Below are positions 1-11,880 of a stretch of DNA of 64,000 nucleotides, piece after piece. The notes below the pieces were generated by a model that did not search any database, was not told where the DNA came from, and saw nothing but the letters and a program-made list of their open reading frames with translations. The first letter of the stretch is position 1. Each line of letters begins with the position of its first letter. The DNA is from Octopus sinensis (lineage: Eukaryota): contig NC_043016.1 in the NCBI RefSeq assembly GCF_006345805.1, forward strand, positions 6,572,001 through 6,636,000, given 5' to 3'. Both the position numbers and the translations under genes were made by a program.

Positions 1-300
1 ACACGAATAGTCAAGAAGGGAGGCGAAAAGATAGACAGATACAACACTCTTAAGTAAGAAATAGTCCGGCTATGGAAAATGAAGAAGGTGAAGATAGTGC
101 CAATTATTTTTGGGTCCTTGGGAATAGTATAAGAAGGCATCATGAGGAATATAAAGGAAATTGGAATAAAATGCGCCTGGTAGAACTGTTACAAATTAGC
201 ATGGCCAGAATAATCAGGAAAGTATTAGATAGCTGGAAAGAACAAACAGCATGGTACCGTAGGCTGCAGGCAGTAAGTCCACAATGCATGTAAGACTCCA
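1..300 (+). mobile_element. 3' end of an R4/Dong-like (restriction-like endonuclease) non-LTR retrotransposon, degraded
   Basis: Broken-frame translation EKIDRY..LK.EIVRLWKMKKVKIVPII.GSLG...ELLQ...ARIIRKVLDS resembles the REL-domain C-terminus of R4-clade elements; it is followed by (GAT)n and (ATA)n tails. Confidence 0.7.
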
Positions 301-385
301 TGAGCTCCAACAAAACCTGGGATAAAGAGATGATGATGATGATGATATTTAAAGAATCAATGTTACTCTTCCAGAAAGTCGCACT

Positions 386-419
386 CTTCTCAATAATAAT
401 GATAATAATAATAATAATG

Positions 420-477
<58 letters not shown>

Positions 478-501
478 TAATAATAATAATAATAATAATA
501 A
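386..501. repeat. (ATA)n microsatellite
   Basis: Direct reading; source of the poly-Ile ORFs 140-520 and 300-554. Confidence 0.95.
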
Positions 502-2048
502 TGGTTTCAAATTTAGTCACAAGGCCAGTAAGTTCAAAGGAGGTGGGTAAGTGAATTACATTGACCTCCAGTACTCAACTGGCACTTATTTTATCAGCTC
601 CAAAAGCATGAAATGCAGAGTCAGCCTTAACAGAATATGAACTCAGAATGTGAAGACATGAAATATCAAAGGCTGTGGTTCTGAGACTCAAAGCCACATC
701 TGCTGTACTCTACCATTATACCAAAGCAATCTTTCAAATATATCCATTTTTGGAACTTACCAGAAAGAATTGTATGTTGTTGGTGTCATAAGAATTTTAT
801 AAACTTTCAAGAGAAAATGGAATAATTCTGCTAAGGAATATCTCAAAACATGTGCATAAAGATTATAATAACTTGTAAATATTAGGGTTTTTTACTTTCT
901 CTATCCAAAAGGGTTTTTCAACACAATATTTAGAAGCTATTATTTACAGAGTATGTGTGTGTGCTTCAAGATATTCCAAAAAAGAATTATTCTTTTTCTC
1001 TCAAAAGTTTAAAAAATTCTTGACATCATTAATAAAAATATCTAAAAAGAAAAATCCACGGAATTCCATTGACTGTTGTTGAATTTAATACATTATGGTA
1101 GTTGATATGGCAACCCACTTATAAATGGTACAAATGAAATAATATACAACTTTTCCTGTAAAGATATACTTTCAAATTATCTGTAAAAATAGATGTAGGT
1201 ATATTCCAGAACTGGAATGAGATGACTGGGAGTGGATGCTTGGACAGTGATGATCTGGTACAACTGACCGGTTGGACATTGAACCTGCTTTCATGGCAGT
1301 ACTGGAGACAAACACACACACAAACACATATACATACAAAAATGCACGTACAGATAGAGAGAGTGATAAAGAAACCATAAGACAGATAGTGGGATAGAGA
1401 ATGGAGGAGGAGAAGAAGGGGAGGAGAATGGGGAGGAGAGGGAGGGGGAGGGGAGGAGAGGAATGGGTGAATGGGAGGAGGGGAGGAGGAGGAGGAGGAG
1501 ATATGGATTAAGCTCCTTCCCAAGTCATTATAGTCTCATGGGGCCAGTTTTCCTGATCCTCTGGTGTATATATTTCCACCAGGACAGGACACCAGTCTGT
1601 TACAAGATTACTCTCTTTTGCCAGCTGAGTGTACTAAACAATGTGAAATGAAGTTTTTTTGTTCAAGAACACGACACATTGCCCAGTCCAGGAATTAAAA
1701 CCACAATCTTACAATCATGAGTCCAATATCCTAATCATTAAGCCATTCACCTCCACTAGAGAGAGAAGGAGGGGAGAAAGAATATAAAAATTTGATATAA
1801 ACTGGCATAAACATTTTTTCCCTCTCTTCAGACACATAAAGAGAAATATGCTGTTACACATAAACAAGGAGAGAGAGGTGGAGAGAGAAAAAGAGAGAGA
1901 GAATGCGAGAAACATTAAAACATCTGATGTCAAAGAAGTCATCAAATGAACAATGCTCAAATAAGGAGAACCTAAACAGCGGAGCCAAAACAGTTGATCC
2001 AAAATGTTTCATATTTTTCCAGAATATAATAACATTAGATCTGTATTA

Positions 2049-2292
2049 GGTGGCGAGCTGGCAGAGTCGTTAGCACGCTGGGCGAAATGCTTAGCGGTAT
2101 TTCGTCTGCCATTACGTTCTGAGTTCAAATTCCGCCAAGGTCGACTTTGCCTTTCATCCTTTCGGGGTCGATTAAATAAGTACCAGTTATGCACTGGGGT
2201 CGATGTAATCGACTTAATCCGTTTGTCTGTCCTTGTTTGTCCCCTTTGTGTTTAGCCCCTTGTGGGTGGTAAAGAAATAGGTATTACGTCTG
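2049..2292 (+). mobile_element. tRNA-derived SINE, family A (GGTGGCGAGCTGGCAG head)
   Basis: Pol III-like A box (TGGCAGAGTCGTTAG) and B box (GAGTTCAAATTCC); central GCCTTTCATCCTTTCGGGGTCGAT..TAAGTACCAG block shared with many other copies in the window. Confidence 0.85.
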
Positions 2293-3972
2293 TCTTAGGC
2301 CACTTGTGGGTAATAAAAAATCAACATTAGATTTGTATAAATTTGTTACCTAAAAGTTAAAGACGTGTTTACCATTCCATTTGTAATTGTCACAACAACT
2401 GAAAGAAGACACTTTATTTATCATTATCATTCACATCATCATCATCATCATTAGTAGCAGCTTCATATCATTGTCATCATATCATGATCATCTTTTCAAT
2501 GTCCCCTTTACAGGGCTTGTACATGTCAGAGGGAATTTGTCAGGGCAGATTTTCTATGGCAGGATCTCTTACCTGTCTCCAACCCTCATCTGGTTTGAAG
2601 CAAGTTAGGGTTTGCCCAAAACAAGAGGTTTTCACAGAGGATTCGAAACAAATGCCACTATTTATATGGTGATGCACATTTACGAGTATCATTTGATGTC
2701 AGAACAAGGAGATACACACATAAATACATGCACACACACACAGATATTTATATATCAACTTCACGGCAGGAGGTGCAGATGAGGGCAGCTGCATCAAACT
2801 CTCTCATGCACCAAATGTCAATGCTAAAAAGCATTCGTGAAGTAAAATCATGTAGCAACACCGAATGGCGGTGCCCCAGCATGGCCACAGCTCGTGAGCT
2901 GAAACTAGATGAAAATGAAAAAAAAAATTTTTTTAAATATATCATATATATACACACACACAAACCCCATGCATGCATACACACACACACACACAAACCC
3001 CATGCATGCATACACACACACACACACAAACACAAACACATGCATACACACACACACACACATACACACAAATACATACACACAATGGGTTTCTTTCAGT
3101 CTCTGTCTACCAAATCCACTCACAAAGATTTTGGTTGGCCCAGAACTATGGTAGATGACACCTGTTCAAGCTGTCAAAGCGTGGGACTGAACCCAGAAAC
3201 ATGTCATTGGAAAACAATTATCTTAATATTGACAGTATTGTGTTCCAGAATAAAGCAATACCAAGTTTTATGAAAATTGTTAACCATAGAATTAAAGACT
3301 TTATAGCAGTTAAATAATCTGTATATTATTCTATAAAAACTAGAATAATACACAACCATTTTTTGTAGAAACATAATACAGATACAAACATGACTGTGAG
3401 CTTGGGTTCAATTTCACTGTACTGAATATTACACACATGTCCTCTGTTGTGTGTGGGAAGCTGTGTTTTCTTGACTTGACATTTCATGATAGTTAATCAA
3501 TGACACTCTTTGATCCAACACCATAACATGAATCCATTAGATTTAGATATGAGGAAATAGTCTTCTATTTCCCAACTCACAGTTATAAAAAACTCTTATT
3601 ACATTGCCAGATGTTCAATACACTGCATATCACTACACATACACACACACACACACACACCACACACACACACACCACACACACACATGCGTGTGTATTT
3701 GTATATGTGCATGTCTGTTAAAATTTTGGAGGAGCAGAACAGGTCCACATCATCAGTTGTACAAAGTAAGAACAGAGATAGTTCAAAAGAAATTTCGAAG
3801 TGATTATTATGAAATTCCTTTTACAGAAATTCTCTCCTCTTACTCGGTAACATGTAACAATGTGGACATGACCTGCATCTGCAAATTAAACTGTTAGTAG
3901 CTGCTTAAAATTTCAACTAAATATGTTGAGCACTACTTCCTTTCATTGTATCAACCACTCATAAATATTTAC

Positions 3973-4085
3973 TCAAAATAAGCAACATGGATATCCAAGG
4001 CAGAGTAGTACAATTGTTTCATGCTACTTCATAGCATGAAACAATTGTACTACCCTACCTTGGATATCTTTGTTGCTTATTTTGA
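3973..4085. repeat. Near-perfect hairpin: 54-bp arms, 5-nt loop
   Basis: 3973-4026 is the reverse complement of 4032-4085 at 50/54 positions; loop CTTCA; inner 22 bp are perfect. Confidence 0.95.
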
Positions 4086-4282
4086 TTATAATCACCCCAT
4101 TTGATTTATATGGATAATACCCAACAAAATTCTGGAGCCTTTAACTTAAGTACCATATTCATCTGAATTTAAATTTTGCTGAACTTATATATATATCCAT
4201 AGCTAAAGTATTCCTGTTATATTACTCTGAGTTTACCATTTCTGTTTTATAGAAATGTGTGTGTGTGTGTGTGTGTGCATGG

Positions 4283-4313
<31 letters not shown>

Positions 4314-4817
4314 CAGTGATCCCTCACTGTATCGTTGTTCCCCTATTTCGGTTTATTATTTAAGCTTACATTAATTCCTCTGTGGTGTTGTTTTGCATTT
4401 ATATATCACACTGTGGCAGAAAACACAAAGAAGAGCAGCACTGGCCAACTCAGTCGTTCACCAGAAACAATTCTGGGAAGAAAGCTGGGAAGTGGATGTA
4501 AGATAAAAAGTAATAACACTAAAGGTAAGGCAGTGCTCCAACATGGCCTCAGCCACTAGCTGAAACCAGTAGAAGTCAAAGGTAAAAGAAAAGTATATAT
4601 ATATATGTGTGTATGTATGTTTTACTTGTTCTAGCAGACACAGTCATCTCAAACACCAGAAATGAGAAACTCAGATGTGTGCTTAGTAAAAAGTACTCAA
4701 CTTCCAATAGATATAACGTATACTCTACATTTTGTATTGAGTACTGTCTTTCCCTCTTTCTATTCGCACAAATTTTGTCGCCAAAAGAAATATACACAAA
4801 TGGATTCATACATGCAT

Positions 4818-4887
4818 ATGTGTGTGAATGTATGAATGTGTGTGTCTGTATGTGTGAGTGAGTGAGTGAGTGAGTGAGTGAGTGAAT

Positions 4888-4933
<46 letters not shown>

Positions 4934-4968
4934 CTGTCTGTCTGTCTGTGTGTGTGTGTGTGTGTGTA
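4818..4968. repeat. Compound (TG)n/(GAGT)n/(TCTG)n microsatellite
   Basis: Direct reading. Confidence 0.95.
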
Positions 4969-5204
4969 TTAGGTAGAAGTAGTAATAGTTGTCTATTGAA
5001 AATTTTTCTACATTTTACATTCTCTGATATTAATCTTAAGTTTGTGAAATAATATTGGAAAATCTTGTTTGTTTGTTTGTTCTGGTTTTATGGGTTTTTT
5101 TTTAGTTTTTTGGGGGGGTTTTTTAGGGTAAGGTGATATCAGTAGCCCATTATTTCTGTTTTAATCCTATTTTGTGCTTTTGTTTCTTTTTTGTTTTAAT
5201 ATAT

Positions 5205-5210
5205 TTTATT
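5205..5210 (-). promoter_or_regulatory. Candidate polyadenylation signal (AATAAA) of the USP gene
   Basis: TTTATT on + lies ~120 nt downstream of the USP stop codon in an A-rich 3' UTR-like tract. Confidence 0.4.
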
Positions 5211-5330
5211 ATTTAATTTTTTTATTTATAATTTTGTTTTTGTTTAACTAGAATTTAAAAGAAAGAAAAGAAACAAAAAAAAAATAATAATTACGACAAA
5301 AAGCGGCGATTAAATTGTCTTTGAATTTAT

Positions 5331-5533
5331 TCACTTTTTGTCTTTGTTTCTGCAAACTAGAACTGGAACAGGTGAATGGTGGACACAGTAATCACTGACA
5401 CTCCCCATAATTGCTCGCTGCACTTTACCGATTCTCTGGAACCAAGAATCAATATAGTTGCACCTTCAGTTTTCACAACCTTTATGATGGCTTCACCTGG
5501 TTTGCCGTTTACCTGTAATAATCTTCCTTGTAA
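5331..5533 (-). CDS. Universal stress protein (Usp family), last coding exon, with a 1-nt frameshift
   Basis: Acceptor ttcatctatttcag| then LQGRLLQVNGKPGEAIIKVVKTEGATILILGSR / (G)IGKVQRAIMGSVSDYCVHHSPVPVLVCRNKDKK*. This is the Usp C-terminal half with GSRG-x9-GS and the HHS.VPVLV strand. The exon is 203 nt, one short of 68 codons; the break is at ~5434. Confidence 0.9.
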
Positions 5534-5849
5534 CTGAAATAGATGAACAAAGAAACCAAAAAATAAAAAAGAGAGAGAGAGATAACTACACTGTATTTAT
5601 AATTATATTAGTAAACAAGCAAATGAAGGGGGGGGCGAGTCTACATGGTTGTGCAACATGCTAGAAATAGTGGTTAAATCAGTATCAGATCATTTTAGAG
5701 GAAGATACATTGTAAAATATGAACATGTGTGCTTTGCATATAGGAAGAATAAATGGGATAGTCATGGTTGGAATACCTTTCATCATAAATCACTTCAATG
5801 AGATTTGACCTTGGACTAAATTGCAATGATAACATACAACTGAGTCAAT

Positions 5850-6110
5850 GAGGGAGCTTCTATGTGGTCAGCTTAACCGGCGAGAAATAACAGCCAAACC
5901 ATCTCACAATTCCTATCTCACCATCTTATACTATCTTAGAAGAGTACATGTTGGACAATGTGATCCATGATTCTGTAAATGTAGGAAAAAAATTGATGGC
6001 CATGGTTGGAATCTTTTGATCATAGCTCCAGGTCAGCACTGCAGGTCAATTGTTACTATTTAGTTGTTTGAGCTCAATAACAACAACAACAACAACAACT
6101 ATAACAACAA
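5850..6110 (+). mobile_element. SINE-like repeat family E with (CAA)n tail, diverged copy
   Basis: Shares the TGTGGTCA..GAAATA(A/G)CAGCCAAA...GATGG..ATGG.TGGAAT..TTTGATCATAG motifs with copies at ~5640-5830, 7850-8010, 20690-20830 and 21960-22070. Confidence 0.55.
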
Positions 6111-6235
6111 CGCTATACAATCATTGGTAGAATTCTGCTTTATGCATGCCATATAATCCCTCGTAATTTTTTTTTAATTTTTAGAATTTTCTTAAAATTT
6201 TTGTAAATTTGTATTCTGCACAGGGGAATTTACAT

Positions 6236-6644
6236 TCTTTCTTTACTTGTTTCAGTCATTTGACTATGGCCATGCTGGAGCACCACCTTTTTAGTTGAGC
6301 AGATCGACCCCAGGACTTATTCTTTGTAAGCCTAGTACTTATTCTATCAGTGTCTTTTGCCGAACTGCTAAGTTACGGGGGACGTAAACACACCAGCATC
6401 GGTTGTCAAGCGATGTTGGGGGGACAAACACAGACACACAAACACACACACACATTCACACATATATATATACATATATACGACAGGCTTCTTCCAGTTT
6501 CTGTCTACCAAATCCACTCACAAGGCTTTGGTCGGCCCGAGGCTATAGCAGAAGACACTTGCCCAAGATGCCACACAGTGGGACTGAACCCGGAACCATG
6601 TGGTTTGTAAGCAAACTACTTACCACACAGCCACTCCTACGCCT
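6236..6644 (-). mobile_element. tRNA-derived SINE, family B (AGGCGCAGGAGTGGCTGTGTGG head, CORE-like block)
   Basis: Reverse complement has an A box, B box (GGTTCAGTCCC), CTTGGGCAAGTGTCTTCT block, internal (CA)/(TA) tract and AAGTAAAG tail. Confidence 0.9.
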
Positions 6645-7109
6645 GTCACATGATAACAAAAAAAATTTTTTTAATTCATTTTTGGAATTTTTTTAACATT
6701 TAAAAAAAAAATTTTCAATTTTTTAAAAATCACCATTTAAAATACAGAGAGCCCAACTTTTTAGTGAAAACCCAAGCAATAGGCAATAGAATATATTTAT
6801 CAGTAGAAAGATATTGAAAAACATCAATACATCAGCCTGAGAAATGAGGAGGCTATGAGGTAGTCACGAGATGTGCTAAAAATAACAACTAAATAGCTCA
6901 GGGGAGGAGATAAGTCGATTACATCAACCTCAGTGTTCAACTGGTACTTATTTTATTGATACCAAGAGGATGAGAAATAAAGTCAATCTTGGTAGAATTT
7001 GAACTCAGAACATAAAGCTGGAAAAAAGGGTACTAAGAATTCTGCCAGCTTGCTGCCTTCTGCTTACCAAAAATGGTACACAAGAATATATATGAGGTTT
7101 GTGCTATTA

Positions 7110-7325
7110 CTCTTTCTCTTTTACTCTTTAACTTGTTTCAGTCATTTGACTGCGGCCATGCTGGAGCACTGCCTTTAGTCGAGCAAATCGACCCCGGGAC
7201 TTATTCTTTGTAAGCCCAGTACTTATTCTATCAGTCTCTTTTGCCAAACCGCTAAGTGACGGGGGACGTAAACACACCAGCATCGGTTATCAAGTGATGC
7301 TAGGGGGACAAACACAAACACACAA

Positions 7326-7356
<31 letters not shown>

Positions 7357-7524
7357 CATATATATGACAGGCTTCTTTCAGTTTCTGTCTACCAAATCCA
7401 CTCACAAGGCATTGGTCGGCCCGGGGCTATAGCAGAAGACACTTGCCCAAGATGCCACACAGTGGGATTGAACCCAGAACCATGTGGTTCGTAAGCAAGC
7501 TACTTACCACACAGCCACTCCTGC
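7110..7524 (-). mobile_element. SINE family B, full-length copy
   Basis: Colinear with 6236-6644. Confidence 0.9.
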
Positions 7525-8349
7525 TATGAATCAAAAGATTAATCTTTTACTTTTTATCTTTTACTTATTTCAGTCATTTGACTATTACCATGGTGGGAGC
7601 ACCACATGGAAGAGTTTTGAATGAATTAACTCTTTTGTTTACATTTTATGTGATTCTGGCTCAGTCTCCTTAGCCGTAAACAATTGCTATGAAGACTGCC
7701 AAATGTTTTGCTCACATAACCAGCATATCTTGCAGATATGAAAGTTTTTGCCACACCAAAATATCTTTTATAGACTTCAAGAAGACATGAAGTTAACAGT
7801 GGTACCATAGTAACAACATTTTTATAGATCATGGCACTGAGTACCACTATCTAACTGTGGTCAATCAATTTGCCGGAAACAGCAGCTAAAATCTCCTTCA
7901 TATTAAACCTCATTGTCTTAAAAAGTAAGGTACATGGAATGATATAGTCCATGATGCAGTATAATACAAAAAAAATGGATAGTCACACTTGGAACTCTCT
8001 CTTACCTGGGGCTAAATACTTCACTGAGGTTCTCACCTGAACTTTGTAGAGAGTAATTATTTGGGGCTGAAGTAGCCTCTAGCTATGAAGAGAAGAGCTA
8101 GTCCTTAAGATACAGTCCTAGCTATGTAACTTTTGTATGAAAGAGCCTCAATGAAAATGATAGCTAGAACTTAGTATGATCACAAGGATTCTAGTTATGT
8201 GCTACTCATATCTAAAAGGAGGAGGTGCTATGGAGTTTTTTGTATTTTTTTCGTTTTTGTATATGAGTAATGTTTCTTTTGTCTTTTTTTCTTGTTGAAA
8301 GGGACAAGATTAAAATGACGCCTATTAGAAAATGCTTTCAAGGTATTTG

Positions 8350-9095
8350 TTTACAGAATTAGGGTGTGTTTAATGTGAACTATCTAAGTCATGAGTGGTC
8401 AACACTTGGGTGGAGAAGGCTAGGGAGGAATAATGGGTAGCATTGTAAGAGTGGATACAGTTGGATATGATGGCAGATTGGTCATTAAAGTATAGAAAGA
8501 CGAATGCAGATAACTGAACTATTCTCTGGATACACCAGAGTTGATAGAATATAGTTCAGTAGAGAACTCCATTGGCACAGGTCATCAATAATGCAGTCTG
8601 ATGAGGAAGCTACTGATCCACCAAATAAGAGAGAAATTGGTTCCATAGGCAGGCAGTTATGAGATTTGTGAAACAGATACAGCTGAAAGCTATTTTTGAT
8701 ATTAGGGCCAAAAATCACCACTTTCAGTAAACTTCTCAGGCAACATCATTCCACTAGTGAATGACAATGGATCTCTCTTTAATGATAATCAATACTGAAG
8801 CTAAACAAGCAGTCATTAAGGGGACAGTGAGACTCAAGTTGCCAGACAATGTTATTAAAGATTGTCTCCATTACCTTTGAGTTATTGAAAGTAGATGTTA
8901 TAAAATGACAGTTGGTAGGGTGAGACAGGATTGGAATCAGAGGGATTTTCTTTCTTAGGAAAGAGACACACTGCAGTATATATTTTCAAAGATCAAGATA
9001 TATTCCTGTAGGGATAGAGCTGAAAAGTTTGGTGAGCGTAGAAGCTACCTCTTGAGTATGTTATTAAGGATAATGAAAGAACAATGTCAGAGTTG
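8350..9095 (-). mobile_element. Degraded reverse-transcriptase fragment of a CR1/L2/Jockey-group LINE
   Basis: Multi-frameshift translation follows RT motif order (..KLF.., ..SKVME.I.NN.., ..WISSF.., INSGV..), with many stops. Confidence 0.6.
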
Positions 9096-9295
9096 GTTAC
9101 CATTTTGATATGAAGTGACCAGTAATACACAGACACTCAATAAAATTTTTCTTTTTTATTTATAATGTTTTGCATTTACCATTCCAAGAAAATTTAGTCT
9201 CAGTTCAACAAAGGTATTGAGAATCTATCTTGAATTTGGGAATGCAAAATTAAGATTATTGTGGAAATTGTTCCAAACTGAACTGAAAGACATAC

Positions 9296-9408
9296 CTTTG
9301 CCATCTTTAATTTGTTTGTGTATTTTTCCATTAATTTCCGTACCATTTCTTTCTCTTTCTTTATTAACTCCACAACAATAGCTGGATCCACTCCACCAGA
9401 TGTTAAAG
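9296..9408 (-). CDS. Universal stress protein, internal exon
   Basis: atatatttcag| ... AAG|gtatgt; 113 nt, phase 1 to phase 0, (P)LTSGGVDPAIVVELIKKEKEMVRKLMEKYTNKLKMAK; joins in frame to both neighbouring exons. Confidence 0.9.
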
Positions 9409-9979
9409 CTGAAATATATACATATATGATAATTGCTTTTTATATGCATATATGCATGTGTGTGCATGTGTGTGTATGTGTGTGTGTTAGAGAAAGACAG
9501 AGCATGTGTGTGTGTGTGTGTGTGTGTGTGTTAAAGAAAGAGAGAGAGAGAGCATTTGTGTGTGTTAAAGAAAGAGAGAGAGAGAGAGAGCGTTTGTGTG
9601 TGTGTGTGTGTTTGTGTGTACATATAAATATCTTATGATTTTGCTCAGGTATGCTGATACCAATGACCCCTTGTCCGAATTCAATATTCATATACTTTAG
9701 AGTAAAGTTTTATGAGAGTACACAGCATAATAGTAATTAATGAATGACAAAAAACAGGTGTTACATAGTCACCTTCATTAGCTTACAGCTGTTTCTGCAA
9801 TAAGAAAGGGTGCACTTAGTGCTTGTGCAACATCTTTTAGATACATCAGAGCCATTAAGATGAAATGTATGTTTATTTTGAAAAGCAGTTAACAACATAC
9901 AAGCATACATACTCACATACATATGTACATATGCATGTATATAACAAAGTATATTTATATATATATATACTAAATTTAA

Positions 9980-10201
9980 CCCTTTTGATACCAACCTGCC
10001 TAAAACCAGCTCTGATTTTGTGGTCCAAATGTCTTGTTTACAAAAGTTCTGAATTAAAATCTTCCACCAAATCTTAGTCATAATTTATGTTACTAACACT
10101 AGCTTAATGATAACTAAGTTATTTTACTAAATTCTTTGTTATATTCAAAATTAATTGAAAGAAACACAGAGCATTTCAACAGAAATATGGTAACAATAGG
10201 G
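9980..10201. mobile_element. piggyBac-like MITE (222 bp)
   Basis: TTAA on both sides (9976-9979, 10202-10205); termini CCCTTTTGATACCA / TGGTAACAATAGGG are inverted repeats matching at 12/14. Confidence 0.8.
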
Positions 10202-10299
10202 TTAAACAGCTAAAGCCACATAGATGTGCAAGCATTTTCTTCTCATGCCTCATAAAACATAATTAGCTTAAGAAAGCTAAAATATAAAAGCTGTAGAAA

Positions 10300-10420
10300 C
10301 ACTGCCAGATCAGACTGGGCCTGGTGCAGCCTCCTGGCTTCCCAGACCCCAGTAGAACCGTCCAACCCATGCTAGCATGGAAAGCAGACGTTAAACAATG
10401 ATGATGATGATGATGATGAA
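10300..10420 (+). mobile_element. RTE-tail repeat (family C), 3' fragment
   Basis: ..CCAACCCATGCTAGCATGGAAAGCAGACGTTAAAC(GAT)n tail, the same as the 3' end of the RTE LINE at 24704-26205. Confidence 0.85.
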
Positions 10421-10819
10421 AATATAAAAGCTAAAGAGAAAATTGATAAATATTGTAAGTTAAACCAAGAGAAGACTGTACTGTATGTGTGGTGTGTGTG
10501 TGTGTGTGTGTGCGTGCGTGTGAGAGAAAGAGGGGGGGGCAGAGGCATGGTTGTGTGATTAAGATGTTTTGCTTCAGTTTGGGGTTCAGTCCCGCTGTAT
10601 GGCAGCTTGGGCTGGTGTTTTCTACTATAACCCTGGACCAACCAAAGCCTTGTGAATGCATTTGGTAGACAGAAACTGAAAGAAGCCATTGTGTATGTGT
10701 GGGAAGTTGTGAAAGAGGGAGACCCAGAAAATATGGAATGAAGTATTGAAGGCCAAGGACCAAGATATGTGGGACATTCCTGTACTGGAGAAGACCTGCC
10801 CACTACAACAGAATTGAAA

Positions 10820-11234
10820 GGATCTTTTCGGTTTGAACGGCAGTTTTTTCTAGCGGTGTCATATGAAATTGTCACCCATAACTATGACCCTAGAATCGAT
10901 CTATTGCATTTCAATCTGTTTTAGGGTTAGGGGTGTGGGGAAGGGTATCATTTTTTCTTCACAAATGTAAATAAACCCAATCTGTTTCTTAAACGAGGGA
11001 CATATTCATACGGCACAGAATGTTTTTTACCTCAATAGATGTCACTGACTGGTTGAAATTGCAGAAATTGAAGAAAAAAAACAACAACAAATATCTTACA
11101 AGCCATAGAATTTTCTCAATAAAGCCAAGAGAAAAAGATGTTTTATAAACACATTCTACCAGTATACGAAGTTTAAAAGTGTTTAGTTACGTGGAAACTA
11201 TTTAAAAAAACTGCCGGTCAAACCGAAAAGATCC
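10820..11234. mobile_element. Non-autonomous DNA transposon (MITE), 29-bp TIRs, 9-bp target duplication (Merlin- or MULE-like)
   Basis: GGATCTTTTCGGTTTGAACGGCAGTTTTT ... AAAAACTGCCGGTCAAACCGAAAAGATCC; flanks gaattgaaa / aaattgaaa (8/9 identical). Confidence 0.8.
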
Positions 11235-11678
11235 AAATTGAAATCCTAAAACCATGACAATACATTAAAAAGTGTTAGTGTGGGTGTTGGTGCCATTTAA
11301 AAAGCGCTTGTGATGGTGCCACATGAAAAGCACTCCATGGATTGGTTGACGTTAGGAAGGGCATCTAGTTGTAGAGATCAAGTCTAAACAGACTAAGGAA
11401 GCTTGTGTGGCCCCTGGCCTTGTCAGTTCCTGTCGAGTTGTTCACCCCATGCCAGTTTGGGAAACAGACATTAAATGATGATGATGATGATGATGATATA
11501 GTAATCTTCCTCTTCATCTCCTCATTCACTCCCCATCTCCTTCGCATTTCCTCCGCATCATCATCATCATCATCACCCTTCTCTTTCCCTTCATCATTGT
11601 CATCAACAGGAGCAGTATTAGAAATAGTAGCAGTGGTGTTGGTTGAAGTAGTATTTGCAGTAACAGTAGAAGTGTTTA

Positions 11679-11679
<1 letters not shown>

Positions 11680-11720
<41 letters not shown>

Positions 11721-11820
11721 CAGCAGCAGCAGCAGTGGTGGTGGTGGTGGTGGCAGCAGTAGTAGTGGTGGTGGTGGTAGCAGCAGCAGCCGCAGCAGTA
11801 GTAGTAGTAGTAGTAGTAGC

Positions 11821-11857
<37 letters not shown>

Positions 11858-11880
11858 AAAGCAGCAGCAGCAGCAGCTAC
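11680..11880. repeat. Compound (GTA)n/(GCA)n/(GTG)n trinucleotide tract
   Basis: Direct reading; source of the poly-Val/Ala ORF 11405-12019. Confidence 0.95.

Noticed and set aside
1172-1310. Ser-rich minus-strand exon candidate after a ..tttgtctccag acceptor
   Set aside because: No convincing donor and no recognisable domain; cannot be supported without expression data.
9620-9700. Possible USP exon YMNIEFGQGVIGISIPEQ
   Set aside because: Weak splice sites; the exon at 17170-17250 fits the Usp motif and phases much better.
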